In this document: positions 26,301 to 38,473 of the stretch, one piece after another
Numbering within the stretch: position 1 is the stretch's first letter
How the letters are laid out: every line of letters begins with the position of its first letter
Assembly: GCA_903813345.2 (NCBI GenBank)
Contig: CAIIXF020000001.1
Coordinates: forward strand, 7,440,001-7,504,000
Length of the DNA: 64,000 nucleotides
From: Owenia fusiformis
Taxonomy: Eukaryota
Direction of reading: 5' to 3'
Made by a program: the position numbers and the translations under genes
The notes under the pieces: generated by a model
What the model saw: only the letters and a program-made list of their open reading frames with translations
Told to the model about the DNA's origin: nothing
Databases searched by the model: none

Positions 26301-29300
26301 ACTGGCATACATTGTATGAATCCAAAACTAAATTATGAAAATTTACTTAAGAAATGACCATTACAGCATTATGAATTGATTTAAATGAGTTTTGGCTTTA
26401 AGTATAGAAATATTGATGATTTGCTATAGTTGTGACCTGCCACATACTAAAAGTAGGTTGGAGTCTAACAGTGATTCCAATATGGGATAAACAGATTACT
26501 TTTCATGTATTTTCAAAGCTGATTTATTGGACATTAATAAGGTGAAAAATGTAGGATGTTAAAGTGTAGATTGTTCAGGATTATTAAGAAGATTTTAGGT
26601 TTAAAGCATGTAACTTGTTGTAATATATTATTTTTATTCCCGCCATTCAATAGTTTATCTGAAGTTTATCTAAAGTCACTTGGAACACATGTCTGGTTAT
26701 TTCATCATGTTTCTTCTTAAATGTATGAATAAAATATTATTAATATAAAAAGATCCTTGTGAAATATTAATTTTCAACTATGTAAAATAGGGTTCAAGTG
26801 TTTTTAGAATTGCTGTGAAGTGGAACTTTTTATTTAAATGCAAAAGTAAAATATTGTCTTGATTTGTAAAACTATTTCAAAAATCACAAAATTCTCGCAA
26901 AAACTATCGATTCATGCAACACCTCTTAACATACTCAGAAGCCATCTAGGTGATTTTGAACATAACCCAGGCATTATGTTTAAATAAAGCGGATTTTAAA
27001 CTATGAGAACCAAAGTATCCTTTCAGTTATTTCAACATAAGATGAACTTTCAATTTTGCACACATTCCTCTCTTTGAGTTTCAGGACATCAGTAGTCTAT
27101 TAATATTGTCTCTCTAAAAGAACAGTATGTCTAAAGTGACTTTTAATAAAATGTTCAATGGAATATTTGATCTGGTCTAAATAAGATTAATCGGTTATGT
27201 ATAAAATGTTAGCTAGTTGCTATGTTATAAAGTTAATATTTTTTCAAGGAATTCTGAATCTGCACTGTATTTTGAAATCATTATTAACTGCTAGTATACA
27301 GTCCTTGGTTGGTTTATAATCTTAAATTCTCTGTATATTTACTGTTTAACAATAATTCACTTCTAAAGCCCCCCAATACTAAATGTAAATTACAGTCGAT
27401 TGAAGTTAAAACCAATAAGACGCAAACATCAATTAATACACTTTTAATGATTTCTTTCGTAATTAAGTGATTTAGTCAGTCAACTAAAATCTAAATTTGT
27501 TCTTTTTGTCATGATTGTAGGATTATTTACCCACAAGTGAAACAATATACTTTTATAACAAAAATATAGTTTTTCAGTATTTCCAAACTACATATACGTC
27601 ACAAACTTTACTTTCCCAATATGTACAAAAACTGACAGTAAGGTAAAACTGGTGTATCTGAACACCTCTCTAATCTGAACTCCTCTCAATGTATGTGAAT
27701 ACATTTTTGGTTCCATCTTCAACGTGTCCTAGACTTCCATGTTACAAAGCCTTGAAATGTGAATATTAGCCAATCTAGATACTGAATACCTCAATGGCAT
27801 TCAGATTAGACATGTTTTACTGCTGTATATGGTTATAAAATAATAATATAAATACAGTTATATGTCAGAACATTGTATGTCCAAACATATTTTATGAAAC
27901 AGAATGAAAAAAAGACAAATATGAATAGATTTTGGTGACATTCTGCAATGACGAAACTATCAATCTGAATCTATACCAGAATGATACTCTATGAATCCTT
28001 GTTAAATTTGAACTATGAAACGGAGAAGACAAACTCAAGAAATACCCTTTACCTTGTTAACAGAAAACTAATGTTTGAGTAGGCTGAAACGTATTCAAAC
28101 ATCTCAGATGCAATACACATTATTTGTATACTTGTTCAGTACAAAGTAAATATGCCACTAAATTCAGAATAAAAACCATTGAGCAACTAATAAAGGTTTG
28201 GAGTACAATATGAAATGTTTATCAGTTTACTATTAGAGACACTCATTGCCTAATGTACACTTGCATTTATATTCAGGAAACACCTTTGAACACCATTCTG
28301 AACACCTGTAGTGAATAATGAACACCTAGAAACACCCACTCACAGTTATATCTTGTCAATGTTTTTAAAGACAAAAGTAATAAATTCACCATCATATGTG
28401 ATCTTATTTTTAGAAATGTACCAGGACTTCCATATTTTCTATCCAGATTAAATAAATATCCATGTATGAAGAACATGAATATGGCATTTTCAGAAGGTTA
28501 CTAAGAGTGCAACAATATCGCACTCATGCCTTATAACTATGGTTGATTCTGGTTTTATGGAGACAATTATTAGTCCAGGGTTTGTGGCTTGACAAGCTGT
28601 ATTGGTGAGAAAGTTAATGAATAGTACTTAACTACCGAAGCAGACATAAGGAGCTTTACATCAATGATAAGGTGACTTTAATCTACTATTATCCAACAGA
28701 ATGATTAAAGGAAAACACCTGTAGCATGGGTATAAGGTAAAGATATAACCAGCACAAAAATCAGATTGAGATTTAAATTGATGGTGTGAATACTGCATGG
28801 TCAAGAAATCATAAAATTATCATCAGATATCAGACAAATAACATATTGACTGATGTAGATGGTCCCATATTGAACCATCAAGGTATTCCATGCCTGAAGT
28901 CATACACTGGTTTTACAGTATGGATAGACCTCTGTCGTTAATACTCTGAATTTTACTCATTCAGTGATGACTTCTATGATTGAAGCAACTGAGTGGTATG
29001 TCAAGTTGAATCCATTTGCAAGACAAGTACAATTTGCAACAAGTTGATATTTTGGCAAACCATAAAAAATTAAGTTTTGGACAATTCTTCATCAGAATGT
29101 CAAAAAATCCTGGAGAGAATTCTGAGGTTATATTACATGTATAATGTTATAGAACATGTACAGTACATGTATATTGGTGACTTTATTGAAATATGAAAAT
29201 AATCTTATTCATACACAGAAAGCTATACTTGAAAGTGTATGGGTCACTGATGCAGCTGAAACATTGTGGAAAATAAAGAAACGATGTTGTCTTACCTCTG

Positions 29301-32300
29301 GAACCAGATCTCGAGTTGCCAAGGGAACCCCCTACTGAAGACATCGGAGTCATTGTGAAGTCATTGGAACTCATGTACGTCTGGGAACTTGTAAAACTAC
29401 CAGAAAAACTTGAGTTTGTTCTACAACTTCTCCCTGTAACAATAGAAAAAATAACTGAAATAGCTGAAGAACATAACTATGTTGAATTTGTTTTTATAAG
29501 TATAAAGAAGTTAGATTCATATTTTACTAGAATCATGAAAATGAAAATATTTACCAGTTTCACTGTCCCATATGTACATTATACCCATTTTGAATATGAA
29601 TGTCAAATGAATTATCATTAACTTTCCTTGGTTATATAGTCCTAGCAAAAATAAATTAGCTGCAGATAAAAACAATCAATCAAATGAGCTGAACAGTGTC
29701 AAACATTCAAGGACTGCAACTGTCAATCATCTAATAATGTTTGTACATGATTGCCTTGATGAGCTAGCTCATCATAAAGTGTAGCATTTAACAATGATAA
29801 TATATAATGATGTGCTTTCTCTCTCTCTCTCTAGAAACCCCATGATAGAAATGTCAGGTGTGAAAAAGAAGATTGTTAAGACAAGAGCACCCCAGTCTTA
29901 ATGCTGAATTTGATTGCAATTATACATTTCTGGATAATAGTATTTGAGCGAAGTCGGAACTGATGACATCAAAATAATGAAACAGAGAGTAAAGGCGAAG
30001 GCAAGTAACCAGCTTTCATCTCATTATTTTGAAGAGGCAGCTTTCATTTTCAGACCTCCTAGATTTCAAGTCATGTCAATGTGGTCATTAGTTCCCACCA
30101 TGCTTGCTGACCATGTTCCTTGCACAAAACAAAGTTTCACAACGTGAACAATCATGCATTGAGTTCCCTCACCGTGAACTACAAAGAAGTTTGGGAGAGA
30201 GGAAACATTTGTTTGTGACTATAGAATCGATAATTATGTTGTGAGAACCGTGGTTCGGTAGGAAGGAACGAGGACAGCGAGGTCGGAACTGATGAATTTG
30301 TGAGAATGTGAGTGGAAGTCTTAGAGGCCTAATTTTTCAACAAAGCTCAAGTTTTGCCAGTTTTGCTTCAAAAACACTAATTTTGATCAGCCTTATAAAT
30401 TCATTGATTAAAATATGCAAATTTAACCCTAAATTTTTTACTAGCATTTAGCCATATTCTAGATTGAGATTTTCCATGGTGAAATATATTTTGGGAGAGG
30501 GTGGGTCTGAGGGAAAGAATATGATGAATATGAAATTATGAATTTGATAATACGAGTAAATACTTAGTTTAGCACTTTAAATGATTACAGACAGAGAACT
30601 TTTGAATAGTAGGTTTCGGAAAAAGGCTTTGGGTTTGGGGCTTTGGGTGGAGAAAAACTACATCATGCCCGTAGCCAGGGGGGGGGTTCGATGGCTTGGA
30701 GCGAAACCCATCTGGCCAAAAATTCTTTCAAAATCATGCAGTTTTTCACCATTCTGAGTACTTTTGAAGTGATTTTGGCCATTTCTGGACCACAATTGTC
30801 AAAAGTGAACCCCCCTGGAATTTTTCAAAAAGTGAACCCCCCTCCCCTTGGAAAATCCTGGCTACGGGCATGTACATGTACAAAGCTTTCCATGTGTCAC
30901 TAACTTTGAATTTTGGACTCCATACTACATATACATGTATTCAAAAAAATATATCAATGGTGATGAGCAGTTATTGAGATAAATTAATTGTTATGTTTTT
31001 GAATTAAAACGTGGTTAATGGGATTTAGGCCAAGCAAATGGGCTCATAAAAGGCCCAAACATCCCAAAAATTGCAACAGTTTTTAAATTAGTCTTATATT
31101 ATGTATTGATATCAGTTGAAAAACATATCAAAAATATAGAAAAATGTATGCAGTGGACAAATATGAAATTTCACTTCCTAGGTACCCCCTACAACCCTAC
31201 CCCAAAATTGAGTATTGGTAGGAAACAATGTTTTGTTCCCAAATGGAATACTTTAGTCAAGTATTCAAGCTTTATTACGATAGATCACATATTCACAAAT
31301 AATTAAAATATCGTTTTGATCATTTTTGAGACCAGTAATTGGTCATTTGACCCCAAAGTATAACAAAATAGGCCAGAAAACATGCATGTTATCACATATC
31401 TATTTAAATATTTTAGGATCAGTTTGTCTGAAAACCATGAAAAAAATCATGGTGTTACATATTCATATGAACTTCATATTTGGTGAGTATCAGACTTCTA
31501 ACTTGTACACTTAGGAAGAAAAAAATTATTTCTTTTTCATAGTTTTGCCCCGCCCACTAGGGGAGACTATAGTTTTGAATATCTATTTAGATATTTTAGG
31601 ATCAGATTGTCAGAAAAGCATGAAAAAAATCATGGTGTTACATATTCATGTGAACTTAATATTTGGTGAGTATCATAATTCTAACGTGTAGACTTACAAA
31701 GAAAAAAAAATTTCATTTTCATAGTTTTGCCCCGCCTACTATAGGGGAGACTATAGTTTTGATGACAAACTCCCACAATGCATGACATTCGTATTAGAGT
31801 TGACATCTAAATCATTTATATAGGCTTGTCATCATCTAAAATACAGGTTTTGTGAACCTTATTAGTATGAAAATAGGAATTATTAGTTGCACCAGGTGAA
31901 ATGTTAAGGTGACCTCACTTTTAATTGATGAATAATTACATATCACCACTCTGATATTAGGGTATTTGGTAACTGCTCTATACTAGGCTTATCTAAATAA
32001 TGTATTGTAGTTTCTGTGGAATTTAATATTGTTTAAATTATTAATTACAATCCGCAATTACAAAATTTGCATATATTTAAATTCATCAGATAAATAAATC
32101 ATTACTTAAGAATACATTACTATGGAACTGGATGTATAATGTTGTAGAAACGATTTTATGGTTATTTAAAGTAATTTAACTGATAGAGCACATTTAAATC
32201 TCAGATATCTGGGGAGTCTTTCATTAAAATTTCAATGGAATGATGGTAATTCTGTCTGTCAGGTTGGAAAACATTGAGTGTACATGTGCTACACATTCAG

Positions 32301-35300
32301 AATCGGATGCAGATATTGTGATTGTGAAGACTGCAATCCAAAGTGTTCCAACCTCAAATACAGTACTCATACAGTTCTCCTTGTGCTTCTCATTTATCAT
32401 GCACAAAACACAAACTTCAACATTTTCTTCAAACTTGAACCAAAAGCAGCAACCCAAGAAACAAAATGTTGGATATAAATGAAATAAGATTGTCTTTGGG
32501 AAAAGTGGTATGTGACAATATTTTCTTTATCCATGCTTTTCTGGGGTGTGACACCTCATTCTGAATCTGGTTATATATGGGATTGACAAGAAGCTATCAT
32601 TGAGGCAGATAAAAAAGAGTGAGTTCTTGAGAAGACAAGCGGTCGTTTTTAAATTACCAAAAGCACCGGTGATCCGCTCGAAAACGCCCGTTTAGGTATG
32701 ACAAAATGTCTAAACGTCGAATGTGAGATTTTTCTTTCACGTGTTGTACGCAGAATCCCCACGATGTTTTTTTCTCACAATCGTGTATCAGTATCACATG
32801 TTTTAGAAAATGTACATGTTTGCGCAAAAATAGCTTAGAAGACAATTCTTGATTTAATTCCTCACTTAAGTTACATAAACGGTTTGGGTTAAAAGTGCAA
32901 ATCTTAAACCATTTATGTAACTAAAGTGAGGAATTAAATCGACGATTCTGTTGTCTTCTGAACTATCTGTTCGCAAATATGTACATTTTTTAAACATATG
33001 ATACTGATACATGTTTGTGATAACAATGTTGTGGGAATTCTGCCTACAACATGTGAAATAAGGAAAAAAAGAAAAATCATAATACCTTCGATGTTCTGAC
33101 ATTTTGTTACAACGTACTTAGGCTTCAAAAATTCTATTAAAAGAGAGCAGCAAGATCTGAATTATTGCAGCCCCATGTTCTTCCTCCAACGTCTGATGCT
33201 GCGGGATACCACAGTTATAGAGCGTACCTTCAGATCCAGGAGTGGAAGGGAAATAACCTGCCTCCATTATAATTGGGCTGGGAAATAAGCAGCGAATTGA
33301 AGCTTTTGTACCAATAACGCAGATGCGAGTAAGTAGTTACCAGATTCACCACCAGATGGCTCATTTGGGTCAGATAGCATGGCTGGTATAGTAGAAAGTT
33401 CCCTAACTTAAATTACATCTATTTGCGTGGTTCAATTTTCATATAACCCTTATGTATCTCATAGTTATGCAAATTAAAATATGTCCAGTACAAGAAATTG
33501 TTATCTGTCCAATACAAGATAAGATAATTCAATTTTTGTGATTTTGTAACATGGGGTCTATGGGGAATATTTCAAATATGACATCATTTTGAATTTTGAA
33601 TATTTAATGAATATTTCTACTCGTATCTAGTCTATTGCCTACCTGCAGCTCCCCTCTCTTAGAGATCATCCATTGTGTGTGTAAGACAGATTGAACTTCT
33701 ATGAGATGTACTTGCAGAAAACGGAATAACTGTTCTAATGTATGTAAGGTATGCAAATGCATTTGTGCAAGTACCTCCATTACTGATCATGAAAATAATG
33801 ATGACTAAAAAATGAAGGCTGGTGATAGGCAAGGTTGAAAGTGATTGTTGTTACAACATAAAAGTATTAAGCTTATTTAATCAGCATTATTTTTTGCTCT
33901 CTATAAGTAAGACACATATATGTAAGTTAAGATTACAAAATGAAGGCAGCATTTTTGATAATGAACATAACGTAATCGAACCATGCCCTGTATAAAGACC
34001 AGGGATTTACTTTGCGTTACACTAGCTATTATGTTAACTCAGTATAATTTATTAACGTAGAAACATTTTCCTCATTTTTTATTGAATTTCATCTTGAAAT
34101 CCAACATTCTACAGTTGAACTTCTTCATTTCAATTCTCAATATCACAGTGTGGTTAAGAACATCTTAGTCAAAAGCAACAATTTTCCTTAATACAGGGTG
34201 AGCTAAAAAGGTAACCCAAACAAATCTTAATAACCCAGTCCAGTCATCCTGCATGAATTTAGTGTCATATTTTGCAGAATTGAGCCTTGGTCAATGTATT
34301 ATCAATCTAGTCTCAGTGGTCTATCTCTAGTGGTCACGATTTTATGGCCATTTTATACCATGCCATGAAATATGGGCTTCATGCCTGGAGGTCAACTTGA
34401 ACGTATCGGGCGTAGTTTTTCAAATCAGGAGCATAAAAATCGTGTGTTATGGCTCTCATCTTCATTCTTATCTCTTGTTTTAATGTTTCAAGGGTTGTTA
34501 GTATCGAAAATAGGTCCACAGATAAAAAAAAACTGGTGGTATTGATATCCAGTCAGTTAGGCACATTTCGATATTTTGAGCACATTTTTTAAATGGCCAT
34601 AAAATCGTGACTATTAAGGATAGATCAATGACACTTAGTAGAATGAAAGAACATTGAACAAGGTAATTGTGCAAAATATGATGTCAAACCCATGCTGAAT
34701 GACTGGGTTATTAACAAAAATTTGGTTGGGTTACCTTTTTTGGCTCATATTAATAACCTGATGTCAGGGACAGGGATATTTAACATTTTGTTGCCTTTTC
34801 AAGGATATTTTTAGAACACTGATTGTACTTAATTTCTAACAAATCGTTCTCTGTTTTAACAGAAAATGTATCAAATTGAATATAATAAGGGCAAAACATT
34901 TGATAATTTAGCAGTTATCAACTAAAAGTAGGGCTTCCCCTATATTTCACCTGGCATTTGCAGTTTTTTCTACTTTTTTTTACATAATCCTTCCCTGAAA
35001 ACATCAAATAACTGTTTTCAGGACAAAATAAGCCTTTACAAATAATTTACTTGTGCTATTGAGTTCAAATATGACATATCTTGGAAGTAATTAAACAAAA
35101 GTAAGGTCACCCCAAAAGTTGGTGTGGTAAAATATTGAAATTTCAAATATTATTATCACCCTCAATATTCAACAAATGACCCTGATACTCATCAAATACA
35201 ATTTTCAGGTATACATTAACCTCCTTGATTTTTTTCATGCAATTCTGATGAATTGATACAGAAATAAATACATTGTTATATTAAATTCGGGCTATTTGAT

Positions 35301-37859
35301 GGCCTATTTTCAGATATTTGGGGCTAGAAATGCCAATTATTGCACTCAAATAGTTGGTTAACAATTTTTAGTTGCTCTTATGTCAGTAAACTATCATAAT
35401 ATTACTCATTTAGTTGACAAGAGCATTTCATTTTGAAATTAAAAAATATTTACAATCCCATACTCAAATTTGGAGGGGTACCTAGAATGTGACATTTCAT
35501 ATTTGTCCACTGCATATATTTTTCTATATTTTTGATATGTTTTTCAACTGGTATCAATATACAATATAAGCCTAATTTAAAAACTGTTGCAATTTTTGGG
35601 ATGTTAAACTTCCATTTGCCTAGCCTAATTGGTCAATCGACCATTTATGTTACGCCTTTTGAACATCCATTATCAATTCGCTCACCTTACCACACGTTCT
35701 AAATCTTAATTTCGATCAGCCAGTCAACACACCACATACAAACGTCTTCACTTTATACAAAACCGTCAAGTTAAAGTTATTCACACTGTTAGACGATTTT
35801 CACCCACCTTCTCCCGTTTATCTTATTCATTTTCCTTATTTTGAAAAATAAAACATGTTTTACTATTCCGAAACGGCATACGACTTCATGATATTACAGG
35901 CCAGTCCAAAAAAGGATGCCTTCTTGTCCACACATGCCTGCCTGAAACACAGGTGCATGTTACTTACTTCACATGCCTGCCTGAAACACTGGTGCATGTT
36001 ACAAACTTTACATGCCTGCCTGAAACACTGGTGCATGCTACAAACTTCACATGCCTGCCTGAAACACTGGTGCATGTAATAAATCGGTGGCAGGGGCTGT
36101 CGAGTTGCGTCAATGGGTTTTATTAAAACGCAGCGTCTTAGACTGACCATCGTAACCCCGGGGATCGCGATGTCTACACTCACACCCCTCCCGGCGATGA
36201 CCAGTCTAACAGACAAGCTTATGCCATCTAACCAACCGCACACGCCTTGTTTTGTTATCTTATTGGGAGAGGGGCCTAGGACATTAATATGCAAATTAAC
36301 CAATTTGCATAATTTCTACAGAATTCTATCTGGGGTACAGTCAGCTTTTATTTGACAGAAATCAAAACACAACTGATCAATACCAAATAAATAAAAAAAA
36401 TAAATAAAAGTTACATAAAATTATTAGAAATTATAAGCAGACTATGTAGGGGATATGAAAGCCTGACATAGTCAGCTTTCCAATGATGCCAAGTTCGTCC
36501 ATACACGTATCTGCATTGTACATGTGTTATAGAATTAGAGAATTAGATAAAAGATGATGTGTATGTCTTGTATTCTCATCAAATATACAAGAACAATCTC
36601 ATTAGACAGACAGGTCAGTAACAAGCAAAGGTAATGGCTGCAACCTTTACATCAAAGATGGCGGATGGCATTAAGTGTTGATTTCGATACTTTTTAGTTT
36701 TCATCGAATTAAACTATGTTATAGTTGATGTAATTGTCTGATATTTGAACTATACGAGTACATATTTGAACGATACGAGTACATGTATCAGGCATATATG
36801 CATGGAAACTCTGGAGCATGATCATTTGTTCATATACCCAGGCCTGTCAACTTGGGAACACCTAACATGAGTGACTTGGAAATGTTGAACACCTCCCCTC
36901 AAAATGTGGACACCTTGGTCCAAATCTGAACACCTTGATCCAAATTTTGAACACCTTGGTTTAAATTTTATTACATCTTGCCAAATTTTGAACACCTCAA
37001 ATTTTTCGCTACGCTCGCTTTCAAATATCCATCAACGGGGGGGGGGGGGGGGGGGGGGGGGGTAGGTACGAAAAATTTCAAATGGAATGCGTGACATATA
37101 CGTAATTCGCGTGAAAAGTCCGAACGAAATGCGTATGTTTTTTTTCCGGCGTTCGTATTTTTGCTTGTGTATAATCTTTTTTAGAAATTTTTCTACAGAA
37201 ATATTTTTGCTTGACAATTACCAGGTAAAATGCGTATTTGCGTGACATTTTCTGTCACGCAAAAACAACTGGCGTGACTTCAAATTCTTCAGCAAATGCG
37301 TGACTAATACGCAAATTGCGGGACAGTTGACAGGCCTGTATACCATATGTAGGCACCACCGTTTAACAATATCTTCCACTGCTGAGGGAAGGTAACTGGA
37401 ACTTTGGGTTACAGATCATAACTGACATACGATGATGCAGTAACGTTACGAGAGTTTATAATGAAAAGCTAATATATCCAGTTTCTGCGTATTGAAAACT
37501 AACATGACTGTTACCTCATCATAAAAGTTAGCATATCAACGGTATCATACATTTCCCTAGCGGAAGAAAATATCGTTGAACTGCCCTCCCTTGTTAGCTG
37601 AGTATGGAATCTGGATCTGCCAGTGTTAGATGCGAAGGTTATGCCTATTACCTTTGCTTGATACTGACAAGTGTATTAGTGTTATGATCCAACGAAGCAA
37701 TGCACCAAACTTACTGAAGAAGTGAATGCATCAAACATATCGATACAATAAACATAAAACAGATGACGGATGATAAGTCTATAAATTAGTCCGGGCAAAT
37801 ATGCAACGACAGTACTTACGATCAGACCCTGGAGTCCCTCTACCATTCTGATTGCCCAT
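7571..37859 (-). CDS. FBXL7: F-box/LRR-repeat protein 7, spliced gene of about 601 aa; coding exons 37859-37820, 29433-29296, 9558-8662 and 8301-7571
   Basis: All three introns are GT-AG phase 1 and the exons (40+138+897+731 = 1806 nt) join in frame. The N-terminus MGNQNGRGTPGSD resembles vertebrate MGANNGK. The F-box (LPDDVIVKIFANLSSDELSRCSLVNRRWYNLAWEPSLW) is followed by cysteine-containing LRRs and the diagnostic C-terminus CIIEHTNPGFY. Confidence 0.9.
8662..9558 (-). CDS. FBXL7: FBXL7 exon 3 (Tyr/Pro/His-rich insert, F-box and first LRRs)
   Basis: Acceptor ctgtattttcag at 9559 and donor CAAG|gtaagt at 8661. The frame is open for all 897 nt; the ORF track only starts at an internal GTG (9178). 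Confidence 0.92.
16448..16553 (-). CDS. FBXL7: Probable alternative first coding exon of FBXL7 (MLKWRQRNKMSQGSSSKQSSSLTDWDNVIAEVFDI)
   Basis: In-frame ATGs at 16553 and 16526 follow an in-frame TAA. The strong donor ATAG|gtaagg at 16447 is phase 1, matching the acceptor at 9558. Confidence 0.55.
22697..22820. mobile_element. Mini element with TAGTCTTG...CAAGACTA termini (Academ-like MITE)
   Basis: tagtcttgcttcaagac pairs with gtcttgaatcaagacta; no clean TSD. Confidence 0.6.
24499..26096 (+). mobile_element. Decayed full-length Tc1/mariner DNA transposon (about 1.6 kb)
   Basis: TA|CACTGTTGCTCATAAATATGGAATATT at the left end and AATATTCCATATTTATGAGCAACAGTG|TA at the right: perfect TIR with TA TSD. 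The internal remnant LQND...VLDYI...VDQLPWAQKS...MWDDLG (25417-25647) resembles the Tc1 QQDN...LPWP.SPDLNPIE..W region; the ORF is broken. Confidence 0.9.
27635..27822. mobile_element. Degraded pogo/Tigger-type MITE remnant
   Basis: gtaaaactggtgtatctgaacac pairs with attcagattagacatgttttactg. Similar CAGTAAAACCTG-like ends occur at about 48828 and 55641. Confidence 0.4.
29296..29433 (-). CDS. FBXL7: FBXL7 exon 2 (Ser-rich, 138 nt, phase 1-1)
   Basis: Acceptor tttttctattgttacag at 29434 and donor AGAG|gtaaga at 29295; encodes RSCRTNSSFSGSFTSSQTYMSSNDFTMTPMSSVGGSLGNSRSGSR. Confidence 0.8.
30664..30872. mobile_element. MITE with CAKGCCCGTAGCCAGG termini and 5-bp TSD (TACAT); hAT-like
   Basis: tacat|catgcccgtagccagg...cctggctacgggcatg|tacat. 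The internal sequence is shared with 47690-47851 and 60650-60773. Confidence 0.85.
31396..31762. repeat. Tandem duplication of a unit of about 183 bp inside the Academ-like element
   Basis: atatctattta.atattttaggatcag...ggggagactatagttttga is present twice (about 31396-31578 and 31579-31762). Confidence 0.85.
32690..33122. mobile_element. Long imperfect palindrome (fold-back insertion) interrupting the XPG-like remnant
   Basis: gatttaattcctcacttaagttacataaacggttt pairs with aaaccatttatgtaactaaagtgaggaattaaatc around a centre at about 32897; pairing continues outward for about 200 bp. Confidence 0.7.
34194..34747. mobile_element. Tc1/mariner-type MITE with long imperfect TIRs, nested in the Academ-like element
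   Basis: TA|CAGGGTGAGCTAAAAAGGTAACCC pairs with GGGTTACCTTTTTTGGCTCA; internally gtcacgattttatggccattt pairs with aaatggccataaaatcgtgac. Confidence 0.7.
35930..36077. repeat. 39-bp tandem repeat (ACATGCCTGCCTGAAACACTGGTGCATGTTACAAACTTC), about 3.7 copies
   Basis: Direct head-to-tail copies; they generate the HACLKHWCML repeats in the spurious ORFs here. Confidence 0.9.
36839..37338. mobile_element. 500-bp MITE with CAGGCCTGTCAACT TIRs and 6-bp TSD (TATACC); hAT-like; internal poly-G and GAACACCT subrepeats
   Basis: tatacc|caggcctgtcaact...agttgacaggcctg|tatacc. Confidence 0.85.
37820..37859 (-). CDS. FBXL7: FBXL7 first coding exon (MGNQNGRGTPGSD, Gly2 myristoylation-type start)
   Basis: ATG at 37859 and donor GATC|gtaagt at 37819, phase 1; similar to the short vertebrate first exon MGANNGKQYGSE. 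Confidence 0.8.
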
Positions 37860-38473
37860 TCTAGTTGCACTGTAACAACGACTGTTCTGCAAATTGAAAT
37901 TGGTCCAGTTTTTTGGCTTTTTAGCTAGGAAAATCAAATCAATTGATTTCTTCCATAAAATCACGAATTTATCCAAATGTCTCTAAATGACTTCATACTT
38001 GTTTTTTTCTCTATAAATATTTCATATATAGAGTCATAAGAGCCAAAATAATCGCTAAATTGGGACAATATCGCCTGCGACTATCGTCCTCAACAACCAA
38101 TGGAGCACCTGTCAACATACTAATGATCAGTCCTTTCGTTTGCACTGTACTGCCATCTTTCAGTAGGCAGGTGAAAAGAGAAAATAGTTCTAAATATCCA
38201 TCCGCCCGATTTCTGATCTGTATAGTGTATACTTTTACGATATGCTTCGTGTATTTCTCAATTTATCACAAAAACAAAGATCCCTGAGGGTATGATCAAA
38301 TACCTTGTCAAATGAAGGCCTGACTGCTCATTTGAAAAAATACGATAGTTATGTTTTCTTCGCGGATAGATATTTGGATGCTCTGGGTCACTTCCGCTCA
38401 AAAATTATTTACAAATTTGTCTCCGCAAAAGTCCAGATATATCCTAACTGAGTGGTCAAATTGCTTCAAAACG
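37860..38473. promoter_or_regulatory. Probable bidirectional promoter and 5'UTR region between FBXL7 (-) and RSU1 (+)
   Basis: Only 614 bp separate the divergent ATGs; CpG is locally more frequent; an ETS/GABP-like CACTTCCG lies at about 38389. Confidence 0.55.

Larger units (their letters stand above)
31026..35627 (+). mobile_element. Decayed Academ-like DNA transposon (about 4.6 kb) with long TIRs, 3-bp ATT TSD and an XPG/FEN-like nuclease remnant
   Basis: att|TAGGCCAAGCAAATGG at the left end and CCATTTGCCTAGCCTA|att at the right; 31056-31190 is a near-perfect inverse of 35478-35605. Coding relics on +: SESDADIVIVKTA (about 32300), CDNIFFIHAFLGCDT (about 32510-32555), YGIDKK, and VLPPTSDAAGYHSYRAYLQIQEWKG...GW (about 33177-33282). 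Confidence 0.75.

Noticed and set aside
35855-36355. Overlapping 74-, 146- and 80-aa ORFs with Cys/His repeats as a zinc-finger-like protein
   Set aside because: The periodicity comes from a 39-bp DNA tandem repeat that is open on both strands; no supporting splice structure or homology is evident.
37037-37063. Poly-G tract as a functional G-quadruplex or poly-Pro coding region
   Set aside because: It lies inside a MITE, and homopolymer length is unreliable.
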